The notes: generated from the sequence alone by a model not told the origin. Shown: positions 1 to 10,372, numbered from the stretch's first letter. The stretch: 64,000 bases of DNA from an uncultured archaeon (GCA_964388035.1 CAYLZE010000006.1:32001-96000); one strand, 5' to 3'. Program-made: numbers and translations.

Positions 1-374
1 GCATCCTCATTGGATACGATTATCTCCTTGTCATTCTGAACCAAATCATTCAATCGTAAATTTTCATGAATCATTTGAATTGCTAAGGGATTGATATCAT
101 TGATGCAGATTTTATGGACATTTTTGCATTCTTTTAAAATCCTTATTGCTCCCACTCCCGACGCTGCCATTGGATCTACCACAAATAAAGAAGAGTTTTC
201 TAAAATTGAAAAAGCATTAATCGCAAGTGAAGTAATATCTCGATTTATATCCATCTTTTTATTGTAAAAAACCTGCATGGATTTCGATGGAATGGATTGG
301 AAATCCTGTTCATGAATGAAGAAGAGTGCTTTCCCTTCTTGAACTTTTTTATAGGTATTTTGATTATTCTTCAT
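1..374 (-). CDS. trm1: tRNA (guanine-N2)-dimethyltransferase Trm1, 5' part (runs off window)
   Basis: Manual translation from ATG at 374: MKNNQNTYKKVQEGKA...VFYNKKMDINRD...DPMAASGVGAIR...NDINPLA, the Trm1 N-terminal and SAM-binding motifs. Not in the ORF track. Overlaps the fbp stop. Confidence 0.9.
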   Translation of the reverse strand, partial: MKNNQNTYKKVQEGKALFFIHEQDFQSIPSKSMQVFYNKKMDINRDITSLAINAFSILENSSLFVVDPMAASGVGAIRILKECKNVHKICINDINPLAIQMIHENLRLNDLVQNDKEIIVSNED

Positions 375-1356
375 TTAATCTGTTGAATAAACGAACTGCT
401 TTTTCATTTCCTATTAATCCACCACATGTAGTCGAATGAATTTCATTTACATTTTCTTTTTTTAAAGGTTCTATTTCATCCATTTTCTTAATATTATTAC
501 TAAAGTCAATCAGATAAAAGTCTCCTCCTAACGTTTTTGCCATAAAAGCTAAAGGAAGCCATTCATAGTATAAACGTAATTTCGCTTTTTTCTCTTCAGC
601 AAAATAGGAATAAATTCCTCCATAAACCAAGATTGCATGAAAATCGCCAACAAAGCTGCCACTATAACGATCTTTAAAATTTTTTGCGATGAGTTCTTGT
701 TCGTATTTTTTACATTTATTTGACCATTTATCAGCATTTCCTCCCAAGCATCGAATCCCTCCCGTACTCACATTCGGCATTTTTAAAAAATCCAAAAAAA
801 TGTATTGAAAAAAGGTGATACTATAGGGTGCTTTATCTAAAATAAATTCCGCTACTTTGCCATTTAACGCAATAACTAAATTCGTGAATATTCCATAGAG
901 AACATAAAAAGAGCAAATAATTTTACCCTCCGCATCCCAAATTCCCACGATGGTCCCGACTGTTCTATTGACTGCCACGTTGGAGGATCCATCGACAGGA
1001 TCGATGGTAATGCCGAAATCACCCTTTCCCAACACGGGAGCAGCTTCTTCTGAAGCAATAAAAGAATATATGGTCTCTCTTTCTTTTAGCGCTTTAAGAA
1101 TTATGGAATGAGTTAGAATATCTTCATGAATTTGTTCTTCGTCATAAATATTAATGGTGCCTGTTTCTGGTTCCTTAATATCCATTCGAAGATGAATTTC
1201 TTTAGAGGTTATCCCTTTTTCAAGCAATCCTCTAATTGGAATTGTTGCTCCCGCAATAATCTCGATTATATTTATTAAATCTCCTCTGTTGGGAAAATAA
1301 TGAGGTACATTCATTTCTAAAAATTGCGATAATTTCATGTATGTAGATTTTTCCAT
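364..1356 (-). CDS. fbp: Fructose-1,6-bisphosphatase class I
   Basis: SEE, DPVDGSSN, RYSGSFVGDFHAILVYGGIY and KLRLYYE motifs. Confidence 0.88.
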   Translation of the reverse strand: MEKSTYMKLSQFLEMNVPHYFPNRGDLINIIEIIAGATIPIRGLLEKGITSKEIHLRMDIKEPETGTINIYDEEQIHEDILTHSIILKALKERETIYSFIASEEAAPVLGKGDFGITIDPVDGSSNVAVNRTVGTIVGIWDAEGKIICSFYVLYGIFTNLVIALNGKVAEFILDKAPYSITFFQYIFLDFLKMPNVSTGGIRCLGGNADKWSNKCKKYEQELIAKNFKDRYSGSFVGDFHAILVYGGIYSYFAEEKKAKLRLYYEWLPLAFMAKTLGGDFYLIDFSNNIKKMDEIEPLKKENVNEIHSTTCGGLIGNEKAVRLFNRLNEE

Positions 1357-1514
1357 CCTATTTCTACATAATGAAAGAAGTGATAAAAATTTTACCCAAG
1401 CTTACTTTTTTTAAAAAAGAGAGATTCTTTGATTAATTCCTCGCATCGAACGCGGAAGGTTCTTTTAAATTTAAATAAGAAATCATGGCAAATCGAGTAA
1501 ATGAACATTCAAAG

Positions 1515-2222
1515 TTAAATGAATCCCCCTTTCGTCATTACCGAAGAAAATCTGATTTCTTGGTTACTTTTTTTATTTTTTAAAAGTAATTGTCTCTTAT
1601 TCATTTCTTTATCCCTTATTAAATGAATGGAATAAGTGATCCAATTTTCCATTACTTTTCGCCCGCTTTGAACTTCCACGGTACTTTGGTTTTGTTGTAT
1701 CTTGCTAATTTCATTAACTATCAAGACGTAGCATTCATATTCTTTATTTAAATAAGCTAAAGTCGCGAGAGATTGATTTAATTGGTAATAAATTTTAATG
1801 TTTTTCTTCTTTGAATCCGGATTCCATTCTAATCGCATTAATTCAGTCAAAGAATCAATTATGATCAAACCTTTAGATCGATTACTTTTAGGTTTCTCAG
1901 ATAAGATTTGAAATTCTAATTTAAAAATTAAATCATATAAAGCATCAAATTTGTCAATCCGAATGAATTTAATGTTTTCCAATATTTTTTTCTTTTTTTC
2001 TTTATCTTCCTTAATAGGAATGAGGGTTGATAATCTAACTAATGGAAAAATGGGTTTACTATAGATATATAATACTTTATATTCTAATCCTGCCATTTGA
2101 AGAGCAGCTTGAAGGGTAAGTGTTGTTTTTCCAACACCAAAATCTCCAAAAATTGAGACTAATCCTTCACAATGTGAATCCAACCCAAAAAACTCGTTTA
2201 TTTTCGAAATAGGAAAAAGCAT
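1515..2222 (-). CDS. radB: RadB-like RecA-family ATPase
   Basis: Walker A GDFGVGKT, Walker B LIIIDS, VLIVNE; single RecA core of 235 aa. Confidence 0.7.
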   Translation of the reverse strand: MLFPISKINEFFGLDSHCEGLVSIFGDFGVGKTTLTLQAALQMAGLEYKVLYIYSKPIFPLVRLSTLIPIKEDKEKKKKILENIKFIRIDKFDALYDLIFKLEFQILSEKPKSNRSKGLIIIDSLTELMRLEWNPDSKKKNIKIYYQLNQSLATLAYLNKEYECYVLIVNEISKIQQNQSTVEVQSGRKVMENWITYSIHLIRDKEMNKRQLLLKNKKSNQEIRFSSVMTKGGFI

Positions 2223-2291
2223 GAATATTTTTTATACTATTTTTGAATATAAATCAAAATTTTTAATTTTGAAGAATCCTATTAAGAAATA

Positions 2292-3158
2292 TTGAAGAAA
2301 AAACCTATAAAAAATATTTTCATTTTAACAAGGGATTTAAATTTTTTCTATCAAGCAAATAAAAGCTTGAAAGCTTTAAATATTCCTATAAAAATCCTTA
2401 ATCCTCAAGACAGAATTCCTAATATGGATTGCTTAATTTTGACTACGGTAAAAGAATTTAGAGAAATGTCAAGGATGGCGGAAACAGAGGCTAAATTCAT
2501 TCCTTATGATAAGAGCCAAAGCTTTGAAGAATATCTCGTGAAAATACTAGCTTTTTATAGGGTTGGGTATAAACAATTTTCGGAGGTAACTTTTTCAATA
2601 GATCCGGGAACAAAAAAGATAGGATTAGTGATAATCTTAGATAATTATTTCTTACATTCCCATACATTCTATGAAAAAACTCTCTTGTTGGAAAAAATTA
2701 ACCAATATTATTCTGCTCTTCAAAATGAGAACAAAAATCAATTATTTGTGAGATTTAAATTTGGCATGGGCGTGCTCTCTCTCACTGAGATGTTAGTAGG
2801 AGAAATTTTTGAACTCTTTAAAATTAATCGCAATTTGGAAGTTTTCCTTGTTGATGAATCAAAATCCTCTAAAATTCGCATACCTGATAAAAAAATAAGG
2901 ATATCTAAGCATGAAACTTCAGCTTTAATTTTAGCATTAAGAAAAGGAATACAAATAACTCGTGATGATTATGTATCAATTTTCAAGGCAATTCAAACTA
3001 AAAGGATCAGAAAAAAAGAATCTCATTCGCCTTATATATATGATTTCAATGATCTTAGAGGTGAAATAGGAAATATGGCAAAAAAGATTATAACAGGAGA
3101 ACAATCAATCAGTACGACTTGTAAATTAATAGAAAATTTAAAAGAATCTAAATTTTGA
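2292..3158 (+). CDS. Protein with RNase H-fold (YqgF/RuvX-like) domain
   Basis: SIDPGTKKIGLVI and FLVDESKSS resemble the YqgF/RuvX DxG and VDE motifs. Confidence 0.55.
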   Translation: MKKKPIKNIFILTRDLNFFYQANKSLKALNIPIKILNPQDRIPNMDCLILTTVKEFREMSRMAETEAKFIPYDKSQSFEEYLVKILAFYRVGYKQFSEVTFSIDPGTKKIGLVIILDNYFLHSHTFYEKTLLLEKINQYYSALQNENKNQLFVRFKFGMGVLSLTEMLVGEIFELFKINRNLEVFLVDESKSSKIRIPDKKIRISKHETSALILALRKGIQITRDDYVSIFKAIQTKRIRKKESHSPYIYDFNDLRGEIGNMAKKIITGEQSISTTCKLIENLKESKF

Positions 3159-3492
3159 GAAATTAAATAACTATTAAATGAAAAAGTTAAGTGATCCTTG
3201 AGATTCCATTCAAAATCAGCATGCTTTTCTTTTTTATTTTTATATTATTCATTAACAATTTATAAGATGCCTCACGTATTGTTTTTTATTTTTTTGTATT
3301 CATTAAATCTTTATCTCTTGTGTTTTTTTTATAATTATAACGATACCACTTAACAATTTTACTTTTAAATTTTTTTTTCAGAAGTTAAAAAAAATTGTCT
3401 TGCTTAAGGCACAATTAAATAGATTAAGCATGCTATTGGTACCTATGAATTCAAAGATTATTTCTTAAATTTATTAATTAAACGATGATGAA

Positions 3493-4662
3493 ATGAAGAG
3501 AATAAAGACTATTGATGTATTACGGGGAACAAGTATTCTATACATGCTGGTTGGTCATCTTCTAGAATGGTGGATCATTCCAGCAGATTTTTGGGCGTAT
3601 GTTCTTCTAAGAATATTATTTGAACCTATCGGGTCATCAGCTTTTATATTTATTTCAGGTGTGAGCACGTCTATCTCATATCGTAAACGGATGAGAGTGG
3701 CAGACCCTCTGAATATAGGAGAGTTAAAAAAAATAAAGCATGAGTATCTATTTCGTGGATTTCTACTATTCTTGATAGGAATAATATATAATCTTGTAGT
3801 TGCATTGGCTATTGACACGCTCTATGACACGTGGAAATATTTCGTGCTCGTCACTATAGGGCTCGCTCTCATGATTTCTTGGCCCTTGTTAAAGACGTCT
3901 AAATTATTTAGATGTACTCTTGGGATTGCAATATGGGCAAGCGATTATTTTATTTTGGGATTTTTAATGCCATTTCAAGGGCAATCAAATGTATATGGCA
4001 TTTTATTTCATTTTCTATTTAATTCCCTAGATGTGGATCCTCTCCTTTTCTTCTTCACTTTTTTCATCGTAGGGACCGTGATTGGAGACATTTTAGATGA
4101 GAGTTTGAAGGAGGATAGAGCTACTATGAATGAAACTTATATAAAAAATAAACTCCTCCTTCCCTCCTTGCTCTCGGGATCGATTCTTATTGTATTTGGA
4201 ACTTTATTCCAATTTCCCACATTTTTGCAACATCGAACCTTCCCTTGGTTTTTTTATGCGATGGGTGTTATCTTGATTGGTTTTTCGAGCCTTTTAACGT
4301 TGGAAATTTATCATAAGATATATAAAAAGCAGAAAAAAGGCATACTTTTTTATTTTTCTTATTATTCTCTAACGCTTTACTTAGGACATAATGTCTTGTT
4401 CTTTTTATTTCCAGAACAATTAAATTTCGTCAATTATCTACTAATAACAAGTATTATCGTTATACTTCTTGGAATTGCATTGAAATATGCCTATCAAAAA
4501 GTAGGAAATAAAATATCCTTGAAGTATCTGATCAATGTCATGAGTTCAGAATTAGCAAAATTTACCGTGCAATTATCTATTAAAAACGTGGTCAGTACTA
4601 CAATGGATGGGAAAGCCCAAAAAGCTAAAATAATTACTAAATTGCATGACCAAAGAAAATGA
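3493..4662 (+). CDS. DUF1624 / heparan-alpha-glucosaminide N-acetyltransferase-like membrane protein
   Basis: RIKTIDVLRG..IL.M..GH, FIFISGVS, SLTLYLGH; multiple TM helices. Confidence 0.8.
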   Translation: MKRIKTIDVLRGTSILYMLVGHLLEWWIIPADFWAYVLLRILFEPIGSSAFIFISGVSTSISYRKRMRVADPLNIGELKKIKHEYLFRGFLLFLIGIIYNLVVALAIDTLYDTWKYFVLVTIGLALMISWPLLKTSKLFRCTLGIAIWASDYFILGFLMPFQGQSNVYGILFHFLFNSLDVDPLLFFFTFFIVGTVIGDILDESLKEDRATMNETYIKNKLLLPSLLSGSILIVFGTLFQFPTFLQHRTFPWFFYAMGVILIGFSSLLTLEIYHKIYKKQKKGILFYFSYYSLTLYLGHNVLFFLFPEQLNFVNYLLITSIIVILLGIALKYAYQKVGNKISLKYLINVMSSELAKFTVQLSIKNVVSTTMDGKAQKAKIITKLHDQRK

Positions 4663-4685
4663 TGGTAAATTCAGGTGAAGAAAAT
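4223..4685 (+). repeat. Copy 1 of ~460 bp degenerate direct repeat (3' end of DUF1624 gene plus first codons of the APC permease)
   Basis: Aligns by eye to 5651-6112; shared blocks include caattaaatttcgtcaattatctactaataacaagt and taattactaaattgcatgaccaaagaaaatgatggtaa. Confidence 0.92.
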
Positions 4686-4778
4686 ATTTAATGAAGTTGA
4701 AAACTCTTAATTTAGATATAACATTAGAAAATTCCCTCACCTGAAAAATTCTTATTAAATTAAATTATTAGTGATAAC

Positions 4779-5444
4779 ATGGCTGAACAAAATGCATTGG
4801 TAAAATCGGAACAAAATTATATTATAAAAACGCTCTCTTCAACGATCGGTGCGCTTGTCGGTTTTGCTGGAATTGAACATGGCATTTTTGAGACGCTTCA
4901 AGGGAATATCGGGACAAATGGATTTATTATTGATGCCATTGGTCCTGCTCAAGAACTGTGGTCTGGGGCAATGGAACCTGCATTTAGTTTTATTCCGAAT
5001 TTTTTAATTACTGGGATATGTTCTATTTTGATTGGTATTTTTGTCGTGTTTTGGGCGTGTATTTTCATTCAAAAGAAGCATGGAGCTGTAATTATGCTGA
5101 TTCTTTCCATTTTGCTTTTTCTAGTGGGAGGCGGTTCACCTCCAATATTGCTAGGAATTATTTCTGCGGCTCTTGCAACAAGAATTAATAAACCCTTAAC
5201 ATGGTCTCGAACCCATCTAAGCAATAAAACCCTCGCTAAAGGATGGCCGTGGCTTTTCATTTTATTTGTCATTGTTTTTATCTTCATAATAATAGCCGCG
5301 ATTACAGGTTGGCCATTCTTAATATTCATGGATACAAGCAGTTTTACAAATATCTTAGGTCCGATTGGGTACATTTCTGATTTGATTTTGATATTGGCTA
5401 TTATTAGTGGGTTTTCGAGGGAAGTTAATAAATCCGCTTCTTAA
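4779..5444 (+). CDS. Hypothetical integral membrane protein
   Basis: 221 aa with ~6 hydrophobic segments; AGIEHGIFETLQGN and EPAFSFIPN look like conserved motifs. Confidence 0.75.
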   Translation: MAEQNALVKSEQNYIIKTLSSTIGALVGFAGIEHGIFETLQGNIGTNGFIIDAIGPAQELWSGAMEPAFSFIPNFLITGICSILIGIFVVFWACIFIQKKHGAVIMLILSILLFLVGGGSPPILLGIISAALATRINKPLTWSRTHLSNKTLAKGWPWLFILFVIVFIFIIIAAITGWPFLIFMDTSSFTNILGPIGYISDLILILAIISGFSREVNKSAS

Positions 5445-5650
5445 TCGATGACTTAAAGAAAAAAAAAAGGTAGATACAAAATTTTTGATCTTAATTACCC
5501 TTCCCTTTTCTTCGATTCGAACTCTTTTTTTGCACGATCTTTAAGGTTCTAACAAAATCCTGAGTTTTATCCCTCCTTTTTTCCTTCTTTAATCCTTTTT
5601 ATTAAATTTGACTCGATTTTATTATTAATTGCTCTATTATGGGCTTTAAT

Positions 5651-6072
5651 TTTTACACCATCAAACTTTTCCATGGCTTTTTCATGCCATGGGTTGTATC
5701 TTAATTGGTTTTTCGAGCTATTTAACGTTAGAATTATACCATGAGATATATAAAAAGCAAAAAAGAGGAATGTTATTTTATTTCTATTATTAATCTCTAA
5801 CGCTTTACTTAGGACCTAACGTCTTCTTCTTTATTCCTAGGACAATTAAATTTCGTCAATTATCTACTAATAACAAGTTGTAGCATCCTAATTCTTGGAA
5901 TCGCATTGAAATTTGATTATCAAAAATTAGGGAATAAAATGTCTTTGAAATATCTGAACAGTGTCATGAGTTCGGAATTCGCAAAATTTACAATACAATT
6001 ATCCATTAAAAACGCGGTCAGTGGTACAATGGATGGGAAAGCCTTAAAAAGCTAAATTAATTACTAAATTGC
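5651..6072 (+). pseudogene. Degraded duplicate of the DUF1624 gene 3' end
   Basis: Homologous to 4223-4645 but with an in-frame TAA (tat tat taa) and indels. Confidence 0.85.
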
Positions 6073-7467
6073 ATGACCAAAGAAAATGATGGTAATTCAA
6101 GTGAAGGAAAATTGCGGCGAGAACTCGGGCTTTCCTCAATAGTTTTCTTTATCTTCGGTTATGTTGTAGGAGCAGGCATTCTCATACAAACGGGAGTCAC
6201 AGCAGGGACTACAGGCCCCTCACTATGGCTCGCATTTATCATTGCTGGAATTCCGAATATTCTTTCGGCGATAATTGTAGCCTATATCGTAAGTGCTTTT
6301 CCAGTATCGGGTGGATCTTGGGTCTATAGTTCTCGTTTGGCATCACCCGCCATTGGATTCATCGTGTTGGCTTCTGTCATCCTTCACATTATTGGAGCTT
6401 TGGCATTATTAGCAGCAGGATTTGGAAAATATTTTGAACTGTTTATCCCAGGGAGCTTATTACCCATGGCAATAGCATCGATCGTAATTTTTTATCTCGT
6501 CAATCTTTTTGGAATTAAATTTGCAAGTTGGGTTCAAATTTTAATGGCTATATGCGGAGATTTCTTAGTAATCTTCATTTTCATCATATTTGGCCTTCCG
6601 CATGTCAATCTTGATTTATTAACAGGAGCTAATTCTGGAGGTCTTTTTCCCACGGGTTTTGTCGGAATCTTTATGGGTGCTGTCATATTAAGTTTTAGTT
6701 ATGCGGGCTTTACTAGTGTCATTGAGATTGGGGGTGAAATTAAAAATCCACGTCGAAACATTCCCATCGGAATCCTCTTAAGTTTTTTTTTAGTTGCAAC
6801 TGTCTACATATTAGTTGCAGTAGTCATGACAGGAAACATGGATTGGCGTACTTTAGGGGCAATCGAGGGAACTTTATCCGATGTAGCAATGACCTTCTTT
6901 CCCATACAAGTTGTATTTATATTAAACATCCTTATATTGATTGCCATTGCCTCAACCATTCATGGAATTCTAATTGCCTTTTCGAGGGATTTATTTTCCG
7001 CAGCACGAGATCGGATCGTTCCTTCTTTTCTTTCAAGATTAAATAAAAAGTATAAAACACCTCATTGGGCACTCACTTTTTTTGTGGTTGGCACGATTAT
7101 TCTATTATTTTTTCAAACGAGCATTATTGACCTGAGCGTGTTATGCAATTTTGCGGTGACTATTCCTGGATTAATCTTGGCATACATCCCACTTAAGTTG
7201 GAGAAGAAGTTCCCCGAGTTGGTTAAAAAATCCCGATTTACAATGAATCGAAAATTAATGGTGGGGATAATTATTTTCAACGTCATGTATAGCTTGTTTG
7301 CAATAGTTGCCATGATTGCTCTGAGCCCTTGGGTAGTCCTTGGAGTTGCAATCTTTTATGCATTTGCTTTGCTTTATTATTTCTTTCGGAAAAGATGGTT
7401 AGATAAGAGAGGAATCGATATCAAAGAAATCTGTAATTCTGTGCCTGAAGAAGCTCTTGAATGTTAA
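6073..7467 (+). CDS. APC-family amino acid permease
   Basis: LRRELGL, GYVVGAGI, PVSGGSWVY, FSYAGF..EIGGEIKNPRRNIP, SRDLFSAARD, TPHWAL. Confidence 0.93.
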   Translation: MTKENDGNSSEGKLRRELGLSSIVFFIFGYVVGAGILIQTGVTAGTTGPSLWLAFIIAGIPNILSAIIVAYIVSAFPVSGGSWVYSSRLASPAIGFIVLASVILHIIGALALLAAGFGKYFELFIPGSLLPMAIASIVIFYLVNLFGIKFASWVQILMAICGDFLVIFIFIIFGLPHVNLDLLTGANSGGLFPTGFVGIFMGAVILSFSYAGFTSVIEIGGEIKNPRRNIPIGILLSFFLVATVYILVAVVMTGNMDWRTLGAIEGTLSDVAMTFFPIQVVFILNILILIAIASTIHGILIAFSRDLFSAARDRIVPSFLSRLNKKYKTPHWALTFFVVGTIILLFFQTSIIDLSVLCNFAVTIPGLILAYIPLKLEKKFPELVKKSRFTMNRKLMVGIIIFNVMYSLFAIVAMIALSPWVVLGVAIFYAFALLYYFFRKRWLDKRGIDIKEICNSVPEEALEC

Positions 7468-7603
7468 ATGCTTTTTTTAATTATTTTTATTTTTTTATTT
7501 TAGTTTTGATAAAGAGGTTTATTTTATCTTTCTCTAAGGAATGTATACGTGCTTCACATTTTTCCCTCAAGAGTTTAAATAGCAAGCTTTATTGCTATTT
7601 ATC

Positions 7604-7894
7604 ATGAATAAAGTTATAAAAGTAGCACTTCTTCTTTTAACTGCAACTCTAATTACCTTCATTTCGGGACTCTTTAACACCACGCCCTTCATGTTAGTGG
7701 GAGCAGAATGGTATGGATTTCCTTTTGCTTGGAGATATATCATAATCTATACAACTTTTATCGTATCCTACAATATTCTTTATTTCTTCCTTGATATCTT
7801 GTTTTGGTTTGCTATCATTTGGTTGATTTTAATCCTCCTGCATTGGATAAAAGTAAGAGAAAAATCCTCTCCCTCCAATTTAACCTCTATATAA
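7604..7894 (+). CDS. Small membrane protein (YGFPFAW motif)
   Basis: Hydrophobic ORF; ATG at 7604 preferred over TTG 7592. Confidence 0.6.
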   Translation: MNKVIKVALLLLTATLITFISGLFNTTPFMLVGAEWYGFPFAWRYIIIYTTFIVSYNILYFFLDILFWFAIIWLILILLHWIKVREKSSPSNLTSI

Positions 7895-7946
7895 CTATTA
7901 TATAATCATAAATTAGTTATCATATTATTAATTTGTAATTTTTAAG

Positions 7947-9125
7947 ATGAACAAGGAAAAGCCACAAATATTTATACTTAAAACAAGCCCTGACATAATC
8001 CTGGGAGATTATGCTAAGTTAATGCATTTAGCCGAATATCAAAAAAGATTTCCTAAAAATTTAAAAACTATCATTAAATTAAATCTTAGTTGGTCTAAAT
8101 TCTTTCCTGCATGTTCTAGTCCGCCTTGGCAAGTGGAAGGAGTATTAAAAACTATGGTAGAAGATGGTTATGACCCCAGAAAGCTATTTACAGCAGAGAA
8201 CAGGACGGTAGTCACTAACATAGCGAAGGGATTGACCGGGAATCGTTGGAAGCCGATTATTAAGAAGTATGGTGCTTGGTTCGTTCCTTTAACAAAAATC
8301 CCGTTTGTTCCCTATGATGAGAAGTTGCGCAGTAAGTTTGAAAGCTTGCGGGATGCAGAATTACATGTTTTGGACTCAAAGATATTTCCCAAGGGATTTA
8401 GCATCCCAAAATTTTATGTTGGAAAGCCCATTATTCATTTACCCACCATGAAAACGCACGGTCATACTGGAGCTATGGGAGGGTCACTAAAAAATACTGC
8501 CGAAGCTCAACAGAACGGAGGTATCACGTGTGCGATGAAAAATGCGTTCGGAGGCCTTTTAACTAAGCGGCGACATTACTCGCACGAATATTTAGCTGAA
8601 GTCCTCCTAGATTTGCTCATTATCCAAAAGCAAATCCATCCCGAAATTATGGCCGTGGTTGATGGAACAGTTTGTGGGGATGGGGCTGGTCCTCGCACGA
8701 TGATCCCTCGTATCAAGAATTATATATTAGCGGGCTACGATCAAGTAGCGGTTGATACCGTTGTGGCAAAAATGATGGGATTCGAACCCCTTAAACTCCC
8801 TGCTATTAAATTGGCTCATGATGAGGGATTAGGATGTGGAGATTTCGACCAAATTGAACTCATTGGCGAAGATGTTTCAAATATAAATTGGCATTTCAAT
8901 GTTAAACGGAGTTTGGTCATTTGGGGGGATCAAATGGTGAGAAAAGGATCCTTACAATTTCTTAATCCCCTCATGAGAAATAAATTATTCATGGCCATGC
9001 CAATCATGGGATCACTTATTTATCATGACATGTTATGGTATCCCACAATCGGCAAAAAAAGGGTAAATGATTTTTTCGAAACAGATTGGGGAAGGAAGTT
9101 TTTGAGCTATCCAAATGGCCAATAG
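7947..9125 (+). CDS. DUF362 family (putative Fe-S) protein
   Basis: IIKLN, LPTMKTH, TCAMKNAFG, VVDGTVCGDGAGP, DQVAVD, HDEGLG. Confidence 0.85.
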   Translation: MNKEKPQIFILKTSPDIILGDYAKLMHLAEYQKRFPKNLKTIIKLNLSWSKFFPACSSPPWQVEGVLKTMVEDGYDPRKLFTAENRTVVTNIAKGLTGNRWKPIIKKYGAWFVPLTKIPFVPYDEKLRSKFESLRDAELHVLDSKIFPKGFSIPKFYVGKPIIHLPTMKTHGHTGAMGGSLKNTAEAQQNGGITCAMKNAFGGLLTKRRHYSHEYLAEVLLDLLIIQKQIHPEIMAVVDGTVCGDGAGPRTMIPRIKNYILAGYDQVAVDTVVAKMMGFEPLKLPAIKLAHDEGLGCGDFDQIELIGEDVSNINWHFNVKRSLVIWGDQMVRKGSLQFLNPLMRNKLFMAMPIMGSLIYHDMLWYPTIGKKRVNDFFETDWGRKFLSYPNGQ

Positions 9126-9179
9126 AATTAAATTATGATTCGTGTAGATGCCATTGAATTTCAAGTCGGGAAAAAATTA

Positions 9180-10184
9180 TCACTGTTTTATCATGATTTC
9201 ACCCAACAAGCTTTCAAGATCGAAGGTTTCTTGCCGACTTATTTTCAGTGCCTGTCCAATAGCGTCTTGTATTTTGGTGGAAAATTGAGGGAGAATCAAC
9301 CTTAAAAGCCCTAATTTTTGTCCTGTCTTTCCAATTTCAGCACTGAACAAGGAATTATTCAATTTATTAATAAATTGAAACGAATCCTTGCAATCAATGA
9401 GAATATTTTCCACATTCATTTTTTTCAATAACCAAGCACAACGATCACCGATCTCTAATAAGGAACAACTCATGGCAGAGGTAATATCCAGATTGATTTC
9501 ATGTTCTTTAATGTTTTTAAAAACTTTTGAGGCAATAACTCCCCCTTCCAGAGATATAAAAGCATACTTTAAATCCGGTAGGGTAAGTGAAAAAGCATTT
9601 AAACTATCTTGTAACTCTTTTGCTATGCTTGAAGGGATGCTAAATGAAGGATTCGTAATTCTATAATCCGATTCTTCATCATCTTTTAATTTAAATCCTC
9701 CCATGATATGGTCGGTTTCTTCTTCGGTAAATTCGATTAAAGGAGGTTTAAAAGATTTTCCTGAAGTAATCAGCGCGGCCTTAATTTTCTTTAAGCTCTC
9801 TCCCGTTTGTAAAAATATTCCCCCTAGATTCACCTTAGGATGAGCAGTAATCGCGATGAAGAATTCATTCTGATTATCAACAAGCCCCATATCTTTAATA
9901 ATTTCATCTAGATTTGCGTGTAGAGGATTATTCAATGGAGCAATCAATATTTTAGCATTTTTACCCTCGATGAGGATGTATTTCAAATCTTTGGGATGCA
10001 GATGGATGCCAACATTAAATACTGCGCTGGTAGCTGAAGAAACATTGAAGATTTCTTTTTTGGAAAACCAAATTCCCGTTGATTGAATGGGATTTCCATC
10101 CCTTTGGGTTAACACCACATTCTCTACCCCTTTCAAATGCTTTATTTGTTCCAATGATAGCTTGATTCTTTCATTTAGATCCAA
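9180..10184 (-). CDS. Tandem roadblock/LC7 domain protein
   Basis: Two roadblock-like units (GVENVVLTQRDGNPI...ILIEG...NLGGIF and DLKYAFISLEGGVIAS...ILID...KLGLL); TTG start after GAGGT. Confidence 0.8.
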   Translation of the reverse strand: MDLNERIKLSLEQIKHLKGVENVVLTQRDGNPIQSTGIWFSKKEIFNVSSATSAVFNVGIHLHPKDLKYILIEGKNAKILIAPLNNPLHANLDEIIKDMGLVDNQNEFFIAITAHPKVNLGGIFLQTGESLKKIKAALITSGKSFKPPLIEFTEEETDHIMGGFKLKDDEESDYRITNPSFSIPSSIAKELQDSLNAFSLTLPDLKYAFISLEGGVIASKVFKNIKEHEINLDITSAMSCSLLEIGDRCAWLLKKMNVENILIDCKDSFQFINKLNNSLFSAEIGKTGQKLGLLRLILPQFSTKIQDAIGQALKISRQETFDLESLLGEIMIKQ

Positions 10185-10372
10185 TTTAGATTACCTCTTT
10201 TTAATACTACTTTTTTTAAAGAATAGTTATAAACTACCCGATTTATGATGGATCGTTCCCTCCATTCAAAATATAAAATAACAAGCTTAGAAAAATAAGT
10301 ATAAATCTGGGTTAAAAAAAAAGTAATTTCTTATTATGATTCCAATCAGGATGAAGTATAAATAAATTTAAA

